Positions 40,610 through 53,016 are shown, counted from the stretch's first letter. The stretch is DNA of 64,000 nt from Diplonema japonicum (GCA_964019335.1 OZ025651.1:124001-188000), one strand, 5' to 3'. A program made the numbers and translations. The notes: generated by a model not told the origin, from the sequence alone.

Positions 40610-41347
40610 TCAACCACCGGGGGCATCAGCCTGCAAGCAGCGAATGACCTCTTCCGCAGCTTTGACCTGAGGGGAGTGCCACGCGATGCAAGGCCTGCTC
40701 TTGGTGAGAATAGGTAGAGCGTGTTCGATACTGTCTGCTTGCTTGAGGGCGACGAGGACTAAAGCTGCAGTTATCCCCGACCGCCCATGGCCGTACGCAC
40801 AGTGTACAAACACCGTCTTGTCGGCGGTGATGTAACTACAGGCAAACTCCACGGCAGCTGCCCAAACATCAGGTTCTGGAGTGTCTGTGTCCAGACATGG
40901 GATGTTTAAGTATGTCACACCACTGCGGTAGACAGCAGGGAACTCAGCAGTGAGGTCAACAATGAGATCGATGGAAGGGGGCAGGTTGTCCACTGTGAAG
41001 GGGTACCTGCCTACATAGAGGTGTGGTGCGACCATGTTGTATTTGTCCTCCCCTTTGAGGAACGTGAGGTACCCTGCTCTGATCCCCCACACGAACCACA
41101 CAACGGCGAAGTACGGGGCGAAGACGAATATGCTGAACCAGCTCAGCCTGCCTTCCCTGTCTTTTCCTAGAATCATCACACCCACGTCGGTCCACCAGTA
41201 GTGTGTCGCACCAGCTACAAAATACACTCCACCAGGCCATCCAAACAAAGCCCCCAGGAGCCAATCGTCCATTACTAGCTTCACCGCCACTGCAATACAG
41301 ACAAGGCTTAATGTGAACCAAACCACTCCGAGTTTCTTTGCTGCCAT
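40610..41347 (-). CDS. Membrane-anchored dual-specificity (CX5R) phosphatase
   Basis: Three N-terminal hydrophobic helices, LYVGR, IVDLTAEFP, IPCLD, VFVHCAYGHGRS. First ATG is at 41347. Confidence 0.88.
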   Translation of the reverse strand: MAAKKLGVVWFTLSLVCIAVAVKLVMDDWLLGALFGWPGGVYFVAGATHYWWTDVGVMILGKDREGRLSWFSIFVFAPYFAVVWFVWGIRAGYLTFLKGEDKYNMVAPHLYVGRYPFTVDNLPPSIDLIVDLTAEFPAVYRSGVTYLNIPCLDTDTPEPDVWAAAVEFACSYITADKTVFVHCAYGHGRSGITAALVLVALKQADSIEHALPILTKSRPCIAWHSPQVKAAEEVIRCLQADAPGG

Positions 41348-42069
41348 GGTTGTCAGTTCATCTATGGGGGGGGGGACCACTTTCTTATTTCCCACCTCAT
41401 TTCAGAAAGCTGGGAAGTAAACACGAGTTTAACGATGCATGACTAAAATTGTAGTCTCACGAACCCCACGAACGGACATTAGGATGAAGCTGACAGGTAT
41501 AAGAAGAAGAAAAAAAAGGAGGGGTGAAGGGGGGAAGGCTGCGGCAACCGGAATCCTCACACATCCAGACCGTTTGTGCATATAATGGACGGGAAGTGAG
41601 TGATGACACCTTTTACATTGCATCCTGAAGGGAAGGGGGGGGCAACGTGTCGGGTTGGGAAGGGGCATGAAGAGGAAGAATAAGAGAGGAACCCACACAC
41701 AGAAGAGGGGGAAAAAAAAGATGAACCTAGGGTAATCTAGGTACCTTGGACACATAGTATCAAATCAGAAAAAAAGAATTCTTTTTATCCATATTTTTAA
41801 AACCAGTGCCAGATTCACCTGTGGGTCCACGTTTAAGTTATTTCACACGCTTCACCGGGCCCCGTGTGTGAAGTACATCTGATTTTCGATAGATAAAAAG
41901 AAAATCTTTCTTTTCTTTCTTTCTTTTTTTTTTTGTTTTTTTTTTTTTTGGTATTTTCCATACGCAACACACGCATAAACTGTGCCCATGAACCTTTCTT
42001 TTTTTCTTTTTTCTTTTTCTTCTTCTTCTTCTTTTTCATTCCGACCTGGCTCTGGAAAAGAACCGGCAC

Positions 42070-42107
<38 letters not shown>

Positions 42108-43031
42108 GCTCTCTTTTTTTTTAAATTTATTTAGTTACTGTAAAGTGAAAAAACCCACCGGGGCCGACAAAATGACTGTTCAGGTCAGCTTTTTGTAGTA
42201 CGGTAGTTTTGTTGGGCTATTTTCCATCAAGGGAATTTTCTTTCATCTCCACCTCTTGGGAAGCAGGAGCCAAAGCTGAATGGCGCTTCGCAAGTTTCAC
42301 TTTACAGTATTGTTTTGATGTAGATGGGCAACCGCCGATTTTATTTTGTGCATGTTCCCTACGATTGAGCTTTCGATGGATGTCAGCAGACGTTTTGGTT
42401 AATTTCTTTTTTTTTTCTCTCTTTTTTTTTTTAACGGTGTGATGTGAGGTTCAAAGGCTGTATGCCGCCACTACTTTTCTTTTTTCTTTTCCTTTTTTTT
42501 TTTTTTCCCAAAAAAAAAAGAAAAAAAAAAAAAAAAAGAATATTGAGCGGTTTCATGCATACAGAAAAAAAAAAGAAAAAAAAAATTAATAAATAATAAT
42601 AATAATAATGAGCCAAGTACCGTCAATTCTGCATAACGTACAGTGACACGAAAAAAACAAAACAAAAAAAAAAAAAAAAAAAAAAAAAAAGCCCGCAAAT
42701 TTCAGGGTGCAAACCACGAGCCATCATTTTGCACCTTTGCACTTGTAAGAAGAGGAAGGAACATAGAACAGTGGTGCTCAGCGTCTCCCCCCCCCCCCCC
42801 CCCCCCCTGAGCCGTTGTGTGGCGTGCTACCATGACGTCCTTGGCCGAAATTTTAAAAAAGGACCTAATGATGTCAGGGCGATGAGAAAACGACACGTTA
42901 TACACCCGCATATAAGCTTGTCAGGTGATTGCCACATACTGCATACCACAACTCGCTTAAGGGGGGTGTCGTTATCTCTTTTGGACTTGGGCTAGGCGTC
43001 TAGTTGCCCCCCTCCCCCCCCCAAAAAAAAA

Positions 43032-44092
43032 CTCAAAGTACAGGACAAGCCCCCCGCTAGAGGGCCGCCCTATGGGAGGGGGGGGGTCTATCTGTTAATA
43101 CTCCCCTTCTGGAGCATTGCTTTCATCCCGATTGAGGCCGTGAGCGTCTTGCGGAGTCGTGTGATGCGGTCCCGCTTGTAGTCGGCTTTCAATTCCATTA
43201 GCTTGTCGTGCGTGGAGCGGGTGGCGAAAATAGGCCTCCTGGAGAAACCAATAGCTGCCTTTCCTCCAATGGCGATGAGGGACTTCACTCTCGTCCGCTG
43301 GGAAGGGGCGTCGCTTCTTCCGTGCCCTGCATGCTGTGTTTATCTTTACGATGAGAGCTTTGATTCTGCGCGCCCTATCTTCCAGCAGGCCTCCCAAAGA
43401 CTTTCCGGTCGTCCACTCGAAGTCAATGGCCAGTTCCACCGCCGACACCTCCGAGGTGGTGTCCTTCTCCACCCAGCGCAGTTGTGACAACCATTGTAGC
43501 AGCGGGTTCAGGTACTGGGACAGGACCCCGCTCACTCCTTCGAGCTCGCCAGCTATCGGAACGGGGCATCTCTTACCTACCACATTTCGAATCCACGGTA
43601 GCGGCTGTGTGTTGACATCCTCCTTCTGCATGAGCTCTACGTCTCGTTTCTCAACCACCAGGCTATCGTTGCAGCTTCTCTAGGTACGCAAAGTCATGTC
43701 CTCTCGGCAGAATCGCGTGCAATTCCAGACACAGGGGCCATCCTGTCCTGTTGCGCAGTGGTTCCAAGCCGTCCTGTGCTAGCTCTTCCTGTGCGCAGGC
43801 GCACTCGTAGAGTTGATGGCGGAGTAGGGTAACCGTGTCCGGGTACGGTGATTCACACAGGTCGCACCTGAACCCTTGTGTGCGTGGTACTGTCGTTGTT
43901 GGGACTTGGCTTATGCTCTCTTCGACTTCTTCAGTGTCGTCACCTTCTGGTGCCAGGGGGACGCTTCTTTGGTTCGTTCCTGCATGCGGGCTAAGGTAGG
44001 GGACCCCTCCGGTGATAACCCGTCTCAGGCAGTAGGACATGAGCGGGTCCTTGGCTGTTTTCCATAGTTGGTTGGTTTTGGGATCCGCTCCC
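43032..44092 (-). mobile_element. 5'-truncated, frameshifted non-LTR retrotransposon relic (family A), C-terminal region + 3' end
   Basis: LRRVITGG, CDLC...H....C zinc knuckle, W......VSAVELAIDFE. At least two frameshifts across ORFs 43663..44160, 43095..43658 and 43088..43288. The 3' terminus is shared with 59623-59668. Candidate TSD gcctcc(A)9 at 44093-44107 and, with expanded C runs, at 43006-43031. Confidence 0.7.
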
Positions 44093-44239
44093 GCCTCCAA
44101 AAAAAAAGAAAAAGGAAAGGAAGAGAGAGAACTTGTCACCTCACGGAATAAGGAGGACACGAAAGAAGAAGAAGAGAAGAAGCAGAAAAAAAAAAGGGGG
44201 TGCTTCTTTTCTTTCTTTTTCTTTTAAGTCCTACCGTCG

Positions 44240-44278
<39 letters not shown>

Positions 44279-44364
44279 AAAGAGTGGGAGCGGACAGCCT
44301 GCTTTATGCTGTTTATTATGCTTTATTATTGTTATTAGTTTCGCTTTTTTTTTTTTTTTAATTT

Positions 44365-44990
44365 CACTCTGAAATTACTTCACGCACTAGGGGGCCCATT
44401 ACTTCACGGAAAAAGTAATAGATAGGGGTTTCCGGTAAATAATATGCCTCAGCAGGCCAATTTTTGCCTCGGTTCGGTTCCCAGTGGGGTACTTTTTCCT
44501 CTCAGTTTGCCAATTTCTTGCCCCGGCTCAGTTCCAAGTTGGGCTACTTTTTCCTCCCAATTTGCCCACTTTTGGCCAGGCCTTGTTCCTAGTTTCAACT
44601 TTTCTAATACTCTATTTAGTCAGCTTACCAAGCTCCCCAAAAGACTTCAAAATACCGAAGCAGCAGAAATGTGAGGAGCAAATGGCCGCGCCAGGTATGA
44701 GAAGGCCTGATTAGAGATGGTGACAGTGGCAATGCCAGCGGCAGCGGCAGCTTTAGTCGACAAAAGGAGGAATTTTGTATTGTAACCTTTGTAACCCCTT
44801 TGTGTCTCTCGTGGTGAAGTAATTTCAGAGTGTCGTGAAAAAAAACCACTTACCTACCGCCAAGTAGTGCTACCGTCCTCTCGGTTCTGCTTTTTACCAT
44901 CGAGGGCCCGCAGGGCCCTCGATGTTAAAATGCGAAACTTCGAGGTAACGGTAAAGTCATTACTTGTTGGCAGTAAGTAGCTATTTTTTT
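44365..44990 (+). mobile_element. Non-autonomous Crypton-like palindromic element
   Basis: Perfect 19-bp IR at 44365-44383/44814-44832. Adjacent ~130-bp imperfect palindrome 44848-44978 with a 12-bp GCA-triloop core (44898-44924). Terminal TAGCTATTTTTT and internal TTACTTCAC and TGTAACC motifs are shared with the element at 54402-55134. Confidence 0.6.
44456..44605. repeat. Three degenerate ~54-bp tandem units
   Basis: gccaatt(t)ttgcc.cgg.tc.gttcc.agt.gg..tactttttcctc.ca.ttt repeated. Confidence 0.7.
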
Positions 44991-46759
44991 CTTTTTTTTA
45001 ACCGGCGCAAAAGAAAAAAAAATATATAAATGAAAAACCGTTGTTTTATGGGTTAAAAAAAATCGATAAAAGAGAGTGTTGTTGTGTCAAAATTAAGTTA
45101 AGCCGAAATTTATCCCCGTCTCAAGTCTTTTAGGTGATCCTTAAATGACCAGACGGCCCAGATAAAACCCATATAACAATTTACAAACAAAACATAAGGA
45201 AAAAAAAAAGGACACATAAAAAGGCTCACCTTTTTACATTCAAACATAAAACCCATGTGCCCCCCTGCATAATTCTGGAACAATTTGCCATTATTTCAGA
45301 ACTTGAAAGAATAGGAAAAAAAAGAGAGAGAATCAGCAAGTTTATGCGCAAAACCTGGGGGGTGTTCCCCCCCCCTTTTTTTTCTTTACCATGATTTTCT
45401 GATGCTGTAAACGAAAAAATCCTTGTCAAAAAACCGCGACGAAAAAAGAAGAAAAAAAATTCACTATGATAGGAACGGCCTACCAAAAAAAAAAAAAGAA
45501 AAACATCTGACGAAAGTTATCTTGACGAAAGCTTTTCGTTTTACAGCTGCAAAAATGCGTTTTTTTTTTTTTTTCCGTTTTACCATAAAACAAAATCTAA
45601 ATTTTCGCCTTTTGAAAAAACCGAGGCTCCCCCCTTTTTTGAGATATCCTTTGCTGTACCCAATGGACGAGGGGCACTTCGAAGGGGGCATTTTTTGAGG
45701 GCTCAAAAATGCCCCCCTACCCCGAAGGAAATGAGGAAATTTTTGTACCGGGTATTATACATTTTTTCATGTGTGTGTGTTTTTCTTTTTTTTTTTTTTT
45801 TTTTGGAATTGTAACAATCGAGTCATAGTAGCCCAATTTCTCATGGGGGGTGTGCATCTTATGAAGAAAAAAAAAAAAAATGGCAGATAAAATCTTAGGC
45901 CAAAGATTAGGCTAAAAAACCCATTTTGCCAGTTAAATTTCGCTTTGTTTTTCTCCTCCGGATTTTCAGTCATTTTCAACCCATTTGCCCTCTGTCATTT
46001 TCTTGACAAGGCTTTTTATATATAATCCTGAATAAAAAATTAAAAATAAATAAAAAAAAAAAAAGCTATAAAGGGATTACAGAAATTATCTACTATTTTC
46101 TGCAATTTCACTTTTTTATTATATTTTTTTTTTCTGCCCTTCAAAATCTTTCAGCCTCAATAATAAAAAAAAATTATGTGCTTACTCAAATGACTTTTGA
46201 GTCCGGAAATGAAAAAGAAGAAAAAAAGAAGAAAAAAAAAGCAACTGAACTTAAAGAGAGGGAGAGGGAGAAAAATAATTAGAAACCACGGGGGCCATCT
46301 TGACGGGCGGGGGCTTGGTCATGATGTCCACAACGCCCAACGTTTGTTCTCTGGAGGTTTCTTTCTTTTCTTTTTTTTTATTTTATTTTTTATTTTTTTT
46401 TGTGTGACCTACAACTTAGCAAAGCTAACGGAACAAAAAATAAAAAAAAAATAAAAAAGCTGGGACCCCTCCCCCGCAGGGGGAGGCCCTGTTAAATGTC
46501 GACCAAAGTCAATAGGGTGGGGGGTAGGGTCAATGTTACTTTTAAAAAATCGCATATTTCGCGCTAAAGACGATTCGTGGCGCTGGCACCATATCTCTTT
46601 CGAAAGGCCACTAAAAAACTCAGGGAAAAAAAGGGGGGGGGGGGGAAACAAAAACCAGTCCTCGAAGAATAAGAACTAGTAGCTCGCCTCTGCGTCAACT
46701 CCCTCCATCCAAGGTGCTCTTTCCCTAGAAATGTCACATGAGAAATATCAATAAAATAT

Positions 46760-47788
46760 GAGCTCGTCCGGAAAAAAATGTCAACAAATGACCCTCCTAT
46801 GCGGCGGAAAACCCCCGTTAAATTTCTAAGTAAAAAAGTAGTCCGACACCACTTTGTGTGCAGAAATGCAGTCTAAGCTTGAACACCATATAGGTCAAAA
46901 TGCTCGCCGTTTGTTTTATTTTTAAAACGCACGTGCAAAAACATGCTTTTTAGAATGGTTTTTGGCAAACGATTCAATTTGGAAGTTGCAAATAACCCAG
47001 ACTCCATTTTCTATTTTCGTTTTTCCGTGAAAAGCGACAGGGGGAATGGACGCAGATTGAAAATCTGTGAAACCTTTGGGGTCAGTTTGGGTGGGCTGGA
47101 CTCTAAATCACTATTAATACGGGGTGGGGAGAACTTACTCTTAAAGTGCCATTTTGGCCTATTTAAGGCTAAAATCCCTTTAAAACCCCTTAAAAAAGCA
47201 AAATTTCCACTTTTAAAGTATTATGAGTGCAAAAGAAAAGGAAAAACCTCAGCAGATGGGTTGAGAATGAAAGTTTGACCCCAAAGATACCAATGTCAAA
47301 GCTCTGCATGAGCAGGCAAGTGTTAAGAATTGGTTTTTCTGAAAAAGGCCAAAATCTCTTGAGAACCCCTTGAAAAAGCCAAAAAAATAGGGTGTAAAAA
47401 ACCGGATTTTCGGGTGCTATGAGGCGCCATATATTTTTCGCTAAGTACTTTTAACAGTAACCCGACCCTGGGTTGTACCCAGGGGTCACAAGTGCGCTTG
47501 AACACCAATTTTATGCACCCTAGATGCTGCATTTTAAGCAATAAAATTGCATTTTAAACATTTTTCGCCGTTTTTTTGACCTCTATTTTTCGCTTCCCGG
47601 GGGCAGCCGGTTGCAAAGCCTGCCACCCTCATGGCAAAACAAGCATCGCAATTGAAAGAACGGCGTCATGTACACCTGTATGTCATCTTCCTATGGTTGC
47701 ATGCTGCCCTTTTTTTGCTCAGATAATCAAAACAAGAAACTTTCGGAGGTGCCCAAAAAATGGTTGACATTTTCGTCCGGACGAGCTC
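46760..47788. mobile_element. MITE / non-autonomous TIR DNA transposon (GAG...CTC termini, ATAT TSD; Sola-like)
   Basis: TIR gagctcgtccggaaaaaaatgtcaac (46760-) versus gttgacattttcgtccggacgagctc (-47788), 24/26 match. ATAT lies at 46756-46759 and 47789-47792. No transposase ORF. Confidence 0.8.
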
Positions 47789-47923
47789 ATATAAAAAAAA
47801 TGCAATTTTCTCGCCGCACTTTTCGACTGGAGGAATGTTTCTTTTTTTTTTTCTTCTTCTTTTTTTTCTTTTTATTGATCCTTTTTCGCAAAGAGATACG
47901 GGGAAAAAAAAAAAAAAAAAAAA

Positions 47924-48215
47924 TGGGGCTTTGATTGCAACACTAGGTGGCGTTAAGCGTGCAACGAAGCACGAAATACCTACTTGATTACAGGGGGCGC
48001 TCCTCGGCCGAGCAGTAGCTTCTTCTGCGTTCCGCGTCGTGTCCTTAATGCATGCGGTGTGCTCAACCCTAGCCGGGGCGTCCCGGGTAACCAAGATTCT
48101 GCGCTCGTGCAGTTTGCTGCCTGTTCGTCACCCTGAGCATCTGTGTTACGTTCTTCCACTCGGGCGCTACCGGTGATGACCGACGAGGAGGTCAACAGCG
48201 AACAACACATCTGAT
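47924..48215 (-). mobile_element. 5'-truncated retroposon 3' end (family B)
   Basis: Terminal TGCACGCTTAACGCCACCTAGTGTTGCAATCAAAGCCCCA is also at 54309-54347 (+) and 57714-57752 (-). GC-rich body; 5' boundary approximate. Confidence 0.6.
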
Positions 48216-49752
48216 GTACTTCTTATATTTCCATGTTATCCCCACCACCTTAAAAAAAAAAAGTGTGCCTTTTTTTTTTTTTTCCTCCTCCCCCCTCCCC
48301 TTCCCCTTTCTTTTCTGTTCCCGAAAGGGAGGGGAAGAGGAGGGTGAGAGCCAAAATATTTTCTAAATAGCACCCACCTCAACGCGAAACACGACAATTC
48401 CAGAATCTTTGTGTACATGCTGGAATGAATTCAAAAATGGATGGTATAGCGTTGACAAACCCTCCAGAACCGGGAGATGAAGAGTGGAAAATATAAAAAA
48501 AAAAAGGTTGAGAAGGGGGACCTTTCTTGCGCAAAGATAATTACATCGAAAAATAAAGTAAAAATAAATAAAAGGGAATGTGCAAATTTTCTTTTTTTTT
48601 TTCTTTCTTTTTTGCGTAAAAGTACAAGAGTTGCCCTGTGATAAATTTTCCTTTCTTTTTTTTCTGTTTTTTCCCCTTTTTCTTCCCCCCCCCCCCCTTT
48701 TTGGTAAGAGATAATGGACACTCTATTTATTGTTCCAAAACGGCAAAGAAAAAAAAAAGAAGAAAAAAGAAGGAAAAAAAAAGGAAGAGCTGGCCATTTC
48801 GTTACATCTGGGTAGAGAACAAGATAAAAAAAAACCTGACTAGATGTAAAGGCGATGTTTAAGGGCAAATCCCACTCGAGGACCACCCTTATAAATAAAG
48901 AAAACCCTTTTTCTTTTTCATTTTCTGTTTTCTTTTTTTTCTTTCACACACCCCCTTACTGCGAAACTAAAACTCCCCCCTTTGAACGAGCGAAAAATGG
49001 TTACAGAATAAATGCAATTATTTTCCCCGTTTTTTCTTTCTTTTTTTTTTTCTGAGAGGTGTTTCCTCCCTTTAAGGGAGCCCCCTCTCTTTAAAAAAAA
49101 AAAAAGAGAAACAAGGTTTTAAAAAAAAAAAAAAAAAACTGCATCTGTAGCTCGTAGGGAACGGGAGCAGCAACAAGGGGGAGGGAAGAAATATAAAAAA
49201 AAAAAGATGAAAGGAAAAAAGGAAAAGAAAAGAAAAAAGAGGGAATGCTAAAAAAGAAGGGGGGTAATAAAAAAAAACCCCCTTTCGCCCCTCGTGACAA
49301 AAAGAGAAGAAGAAGAAGAAGACTAGACACCCCGATCCTGAAACACGTTAGAAGGGACAGCAGTTGTTGTTTGTACAAGCTTGTTGAACTTGCCGAAGCT
49401 GGCCACTACTCTCGTTTTTAACGACAATAGTTGCAAAAAAAAAAAAAAAGATTATGTGGGATGCTAACTTAAGAGGGTTTCCCCCGTTTTCTTCTTAAAA
49501 AGAAAACGGGGGAGGAGAGAAGTGTTTGAAGACCCCACTGCCATAGTTTTTTTTTTCCTTTTCTTTTTTTGATGAAAACTATTTTTTTTGAAAAGAATAA
49601 AAAAAAAGAAAAAGTAGAGGGGGGGGCGGTGCTGTAAAAAAAAAAAAAAAAAAAAAAAAAAATGCCCCTCTCTATCTTTTTTTTTGTTGTTGGTTTTGCA
49701 GTGTTATTAAGTTTAGTTTTTTTTTTTTTTTTTCTTTTCTTTTTTTTAAATT

Positions 49753-50350
49753 TCAGCACAGCAGGTTGTCTACCCAAGATAACCCGAGAGAATATTCCAT
49801 CTCGTCCTCAAGACCGTCATCGGTTAGAGAAAGACAGGACTCAACCACACTGTGGACGCTGCAAGTATCACCCTCGCTGCTATTACCATTGTATGAAAGC
49901 TGGGAGGCCTTTCTGTCCTCCTCATAAGCTATAGGAAAGCCAGGCGACCCAGGCTTATTCTTTGCAAGAGGGACACCACTGCCACAAAGAATTCTAATGG
50001 AAATTGCCTTCTGTGGTGGGGTAGTAGTAAGCCTGCACTCTACGGTATCACCCACAGCCAGCAGAGCACGTGGTTCGCCAGGGCGCTTCTTCACACTTTT
50101 TTAATAATTTTCTTTTTTTTTTTTTTTTAAATACATACTTCCTGTATGCAAACATGAACTCTCCCACCCCGGCTACCTTCAGTACTGGTACCTCTCCCAC
50201 GCACACCACAGTGGCTACGTACCTCGTGTCTCTCGGCTGCTCGAAGTTTTTCTCCTTCCCTTTCTTGCTGTTCTTCCTCTGCTTCATCGTCATGGCAGTA
50301 CTTTGATCGTTTTGACTGAAGCGCGGCGGCATCGTCCAGACTGCTGACAT
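49753..50350 (-). CDS. Hypothetical protein with cold-shock/OB-fold-like segment; 2 exons, 184 aa
   Basis: Intron 50096-50138 (AA|GTATGT...AAAAAG|T) joins ORFs 50048..50350 and 49753..50094 into EFMFAYRNVKKRPGEPRALLAVGDTVECRL...KAISIRIL. Confidence 0.62.
50096..50138 (-). other. Spliceosomal intron, 43 nt, A-rich
   Basis: GTATGT donor, poly(A) body, AAG acceptor; restores the reading frame. Confidence 0.65.
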
Positions 50351-50905
50351 GTTGTACTTTTTTTTTCTCTTTTCTTTCTTTTTTTACTCAGATGGTCAGT
50401 TTTTTTTTTTCCTCTTTTTTGTTATAGAACGTAATAAAATGAAAAATATAATTAAAAAAAAAAAGATATAAAAAATAAATAAAGAGTGACCTTGTGCCCA
50501 GTCACTCCTTTTTTTTTCCAAAAAGAACCCCCCCCCCCCCGTGCCTTATTATACCCGCCAGGCTTATTCAGAAAATCTTCTATAATTTGTTCAGATCCTG
50601 TTCTTACAATAGTGCGGGCAACTTTCTTTGTCGAGTGAGCCACTTGGCCACATTGAGGAAGGAGCTGAAATCACCATTTCAGGAGACCTAGGCAACCCAC
50701 AAGTTACTGGCTCAGGTAGGCGAAGACTAGGAAAGTCTCATTTTGTAGAAACTGGCCTGTAGCATATGCACACACTTGATACAAGGGATAACAAGGCAAA
50801 GGGTTTTCTTTTTTTAAAAAAAAAATATTTTTTTTTGATCCCCCTTTCTTTTTCCTTCCCCCCCAATTCTTTTGAGGTCGGCGGCTTGCATTGCTATCGG
50901 AAAAA

Positions 50906-50938
<33 letters not shown>

Positions 50939-52569
50939 AAGAAACACCCCTCTAGCTGGAGTTAGGAAAGAGGCGAAGGAAAAAAAGGCGGGAGGAGGAG
51001 AAAGGTGTGAAAGAAAACAAAAACAAAAAAAACCCCCCCCTTTTTTTTTCTTTGAACCATTCCAGAAATCTTCTTTTTAGAATTGTTCTTGTTTTAAATT
51101 GGGGGAAGCAGAAGTCTAGAATCTGAAAACACCTGCTCCATTGCACGCCGATAGTAGTATTTGTATCCCTTTTTGTTTTTCTTCTTCCCTTCTTTCTTTT
51201 TCTCTTTCTTTCTTCAATAAATAAAAACAATGTCATTGGAAAACTTATTTTCTTTTCTTCTTCTTTTTTTTAATTCCTGAAAACAAAGTTCCTCCTGACG
51301 AAAACAAACACCCCCTCAAATGGCATAAGCCCCCATGCAGTGCTTATCTCAGGATTTCAGTACCTGCAGCAAGCGCCCCCATGCAGTCTTGTGCTGTGTT
51401 GCTTCTGAACAATTCCTGAGTAAATATTCTGTCCCCTCCCGAAGTAGTCTTTGGGAGGGGGGAAAAAAAAACCCCCTTCATCTCGGCTTAAAACCCTCTG
51501 TCTAGGGGGAAAAAAAAGGGGGGGAGGGAAAACAACAGGCGGAACCGAGTTGGGCAGCCTTCTTAACGAACAACCTTGCTGGTTAGAAATCTGCGTCTTT
51601 ACTCACCTCTGCCCCCCCCCCCCCCCCCCCCCCGTTTTTGCATTGTTTGATTTTCTTTTTGTATATTGCTCCCTGAAACAAAACTGTCTCCACTTCATTC
51701 TCTTTTTTTTTCTTCAGGGGAGGTATTTTTTTTCTTTTTTTTTCCTTTTCTCTTTTTTTCATTCAGCTTTTGCGGGGGGGGGGGGGGGGGGAAGTGTGCT
51801 GTGGATTCCTCCCCCCTTCATTCTGTCACCAGAGAAAAAAAAAAAAGGAAATATAAATATTTGAGTTACAAGAAGTCTTTGTGAGACACCCCTTTGTTCT
51901 CAAAAGAAAAGAATAGAAAAGAAAAGAAGAAAAGAAAAAATATCGTATCTAAAACTGACGGGTGGAGTGCTAACTTGACCAAAAGTTTTCGAAATGGCCA
52001 ACCAGGAAAAAAAAAAAAAAAAAAGATTACAGCATGCAAAGAAAGAATAAAGCAAACCTCTCTTTTCACAAAACAAAAAAAAAAAATCCTTTTTGAAAAT
52101 ACGATGGGGTATTTAAACTGGGATAAAAAAAATAAGTAAGGAGGTCTTGCAAGACACCCCAGTGCTCGTTATCCTCCCGAAAGAGTATTTCTCCATAAGT
52201 ATATAAATATAACGATAAAAAGGGAAAAAGCAGGTGTGTTTTGTGTCAGCTTTCTGTATCTATCTGTGACAGATTAGTTCCTAGGGCTATATGCTGGACC
52301 CCCCCCTTTTTTTTCTTTCTTCATCTTTTTAACTAAAAATATATAAGGTTTATCAAGAACTGAGGGAAGAAAAAAAAACTCATTTCTGTTGAGTTTGTTG
52401 CCGTTCCCCCCTCACTTTCTCGTTTTCCTTACCCCCCCCCCCCTCCATCTTCTATTTTCTTTTTTGTATATTTTTGCGGGGGGGGGGAGGGGGTACGACT
52501 AATAGAAAAGGAAAGAACAAAGCAATAAATAAGAGGGGAAACAAAATTCATTTCTTTTTTTTTTTCTTT

Positions 52570-52604
<35 letters not shown>

Positions 52605-52982
52605 TGAAGAATTTGTATTTTTGAAAAAAAAAAAAAAAAAAAAAAAAAAAAACGCTGGTTTCTAAGCTTTTAAGCTGTTCTGGGGGGTTTTCTTTTTCCT
52701 TCTTTTCCCCCCCTTTAAAAGAAAAAATCTGAGTTGATGTAGAGAAGTAAGAACTCAGTATAGCATTTAAACCCTTTTAGCCTCAAACTGGATGCTCAAG
52801 TACTGGTGTAACGAAAACATTTAGGTTTAAACAAGCTGGGTATTTCTTTTTTTGTCCGAATCATCAGATAAGGCAGCTCTAGAAGACTCTTTTCTGCACC
52901 CTTCATGAAAAAATAAGGTGTCGGGGCTAACAGGAAAATCTTTCAGAGGCCCGGCCCTGGTTTTCTTTGTGCAAAAAAGTCG

Positions 52983-53016
<34 letters not shown>

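Noticed and set aside
41595-41630. GTGATGA...CTGA box C/D-like pair (a similar one at ~48173-48214)
   Set aside because: Too short for a snoRNA, on the non-transcribed strand, and no recognisable rRNA guide.
42160-42960. Possible fragmented multi-exon gene
   Set aside because: I could not assemble a consistent GT-AG exon chain or find a motif.
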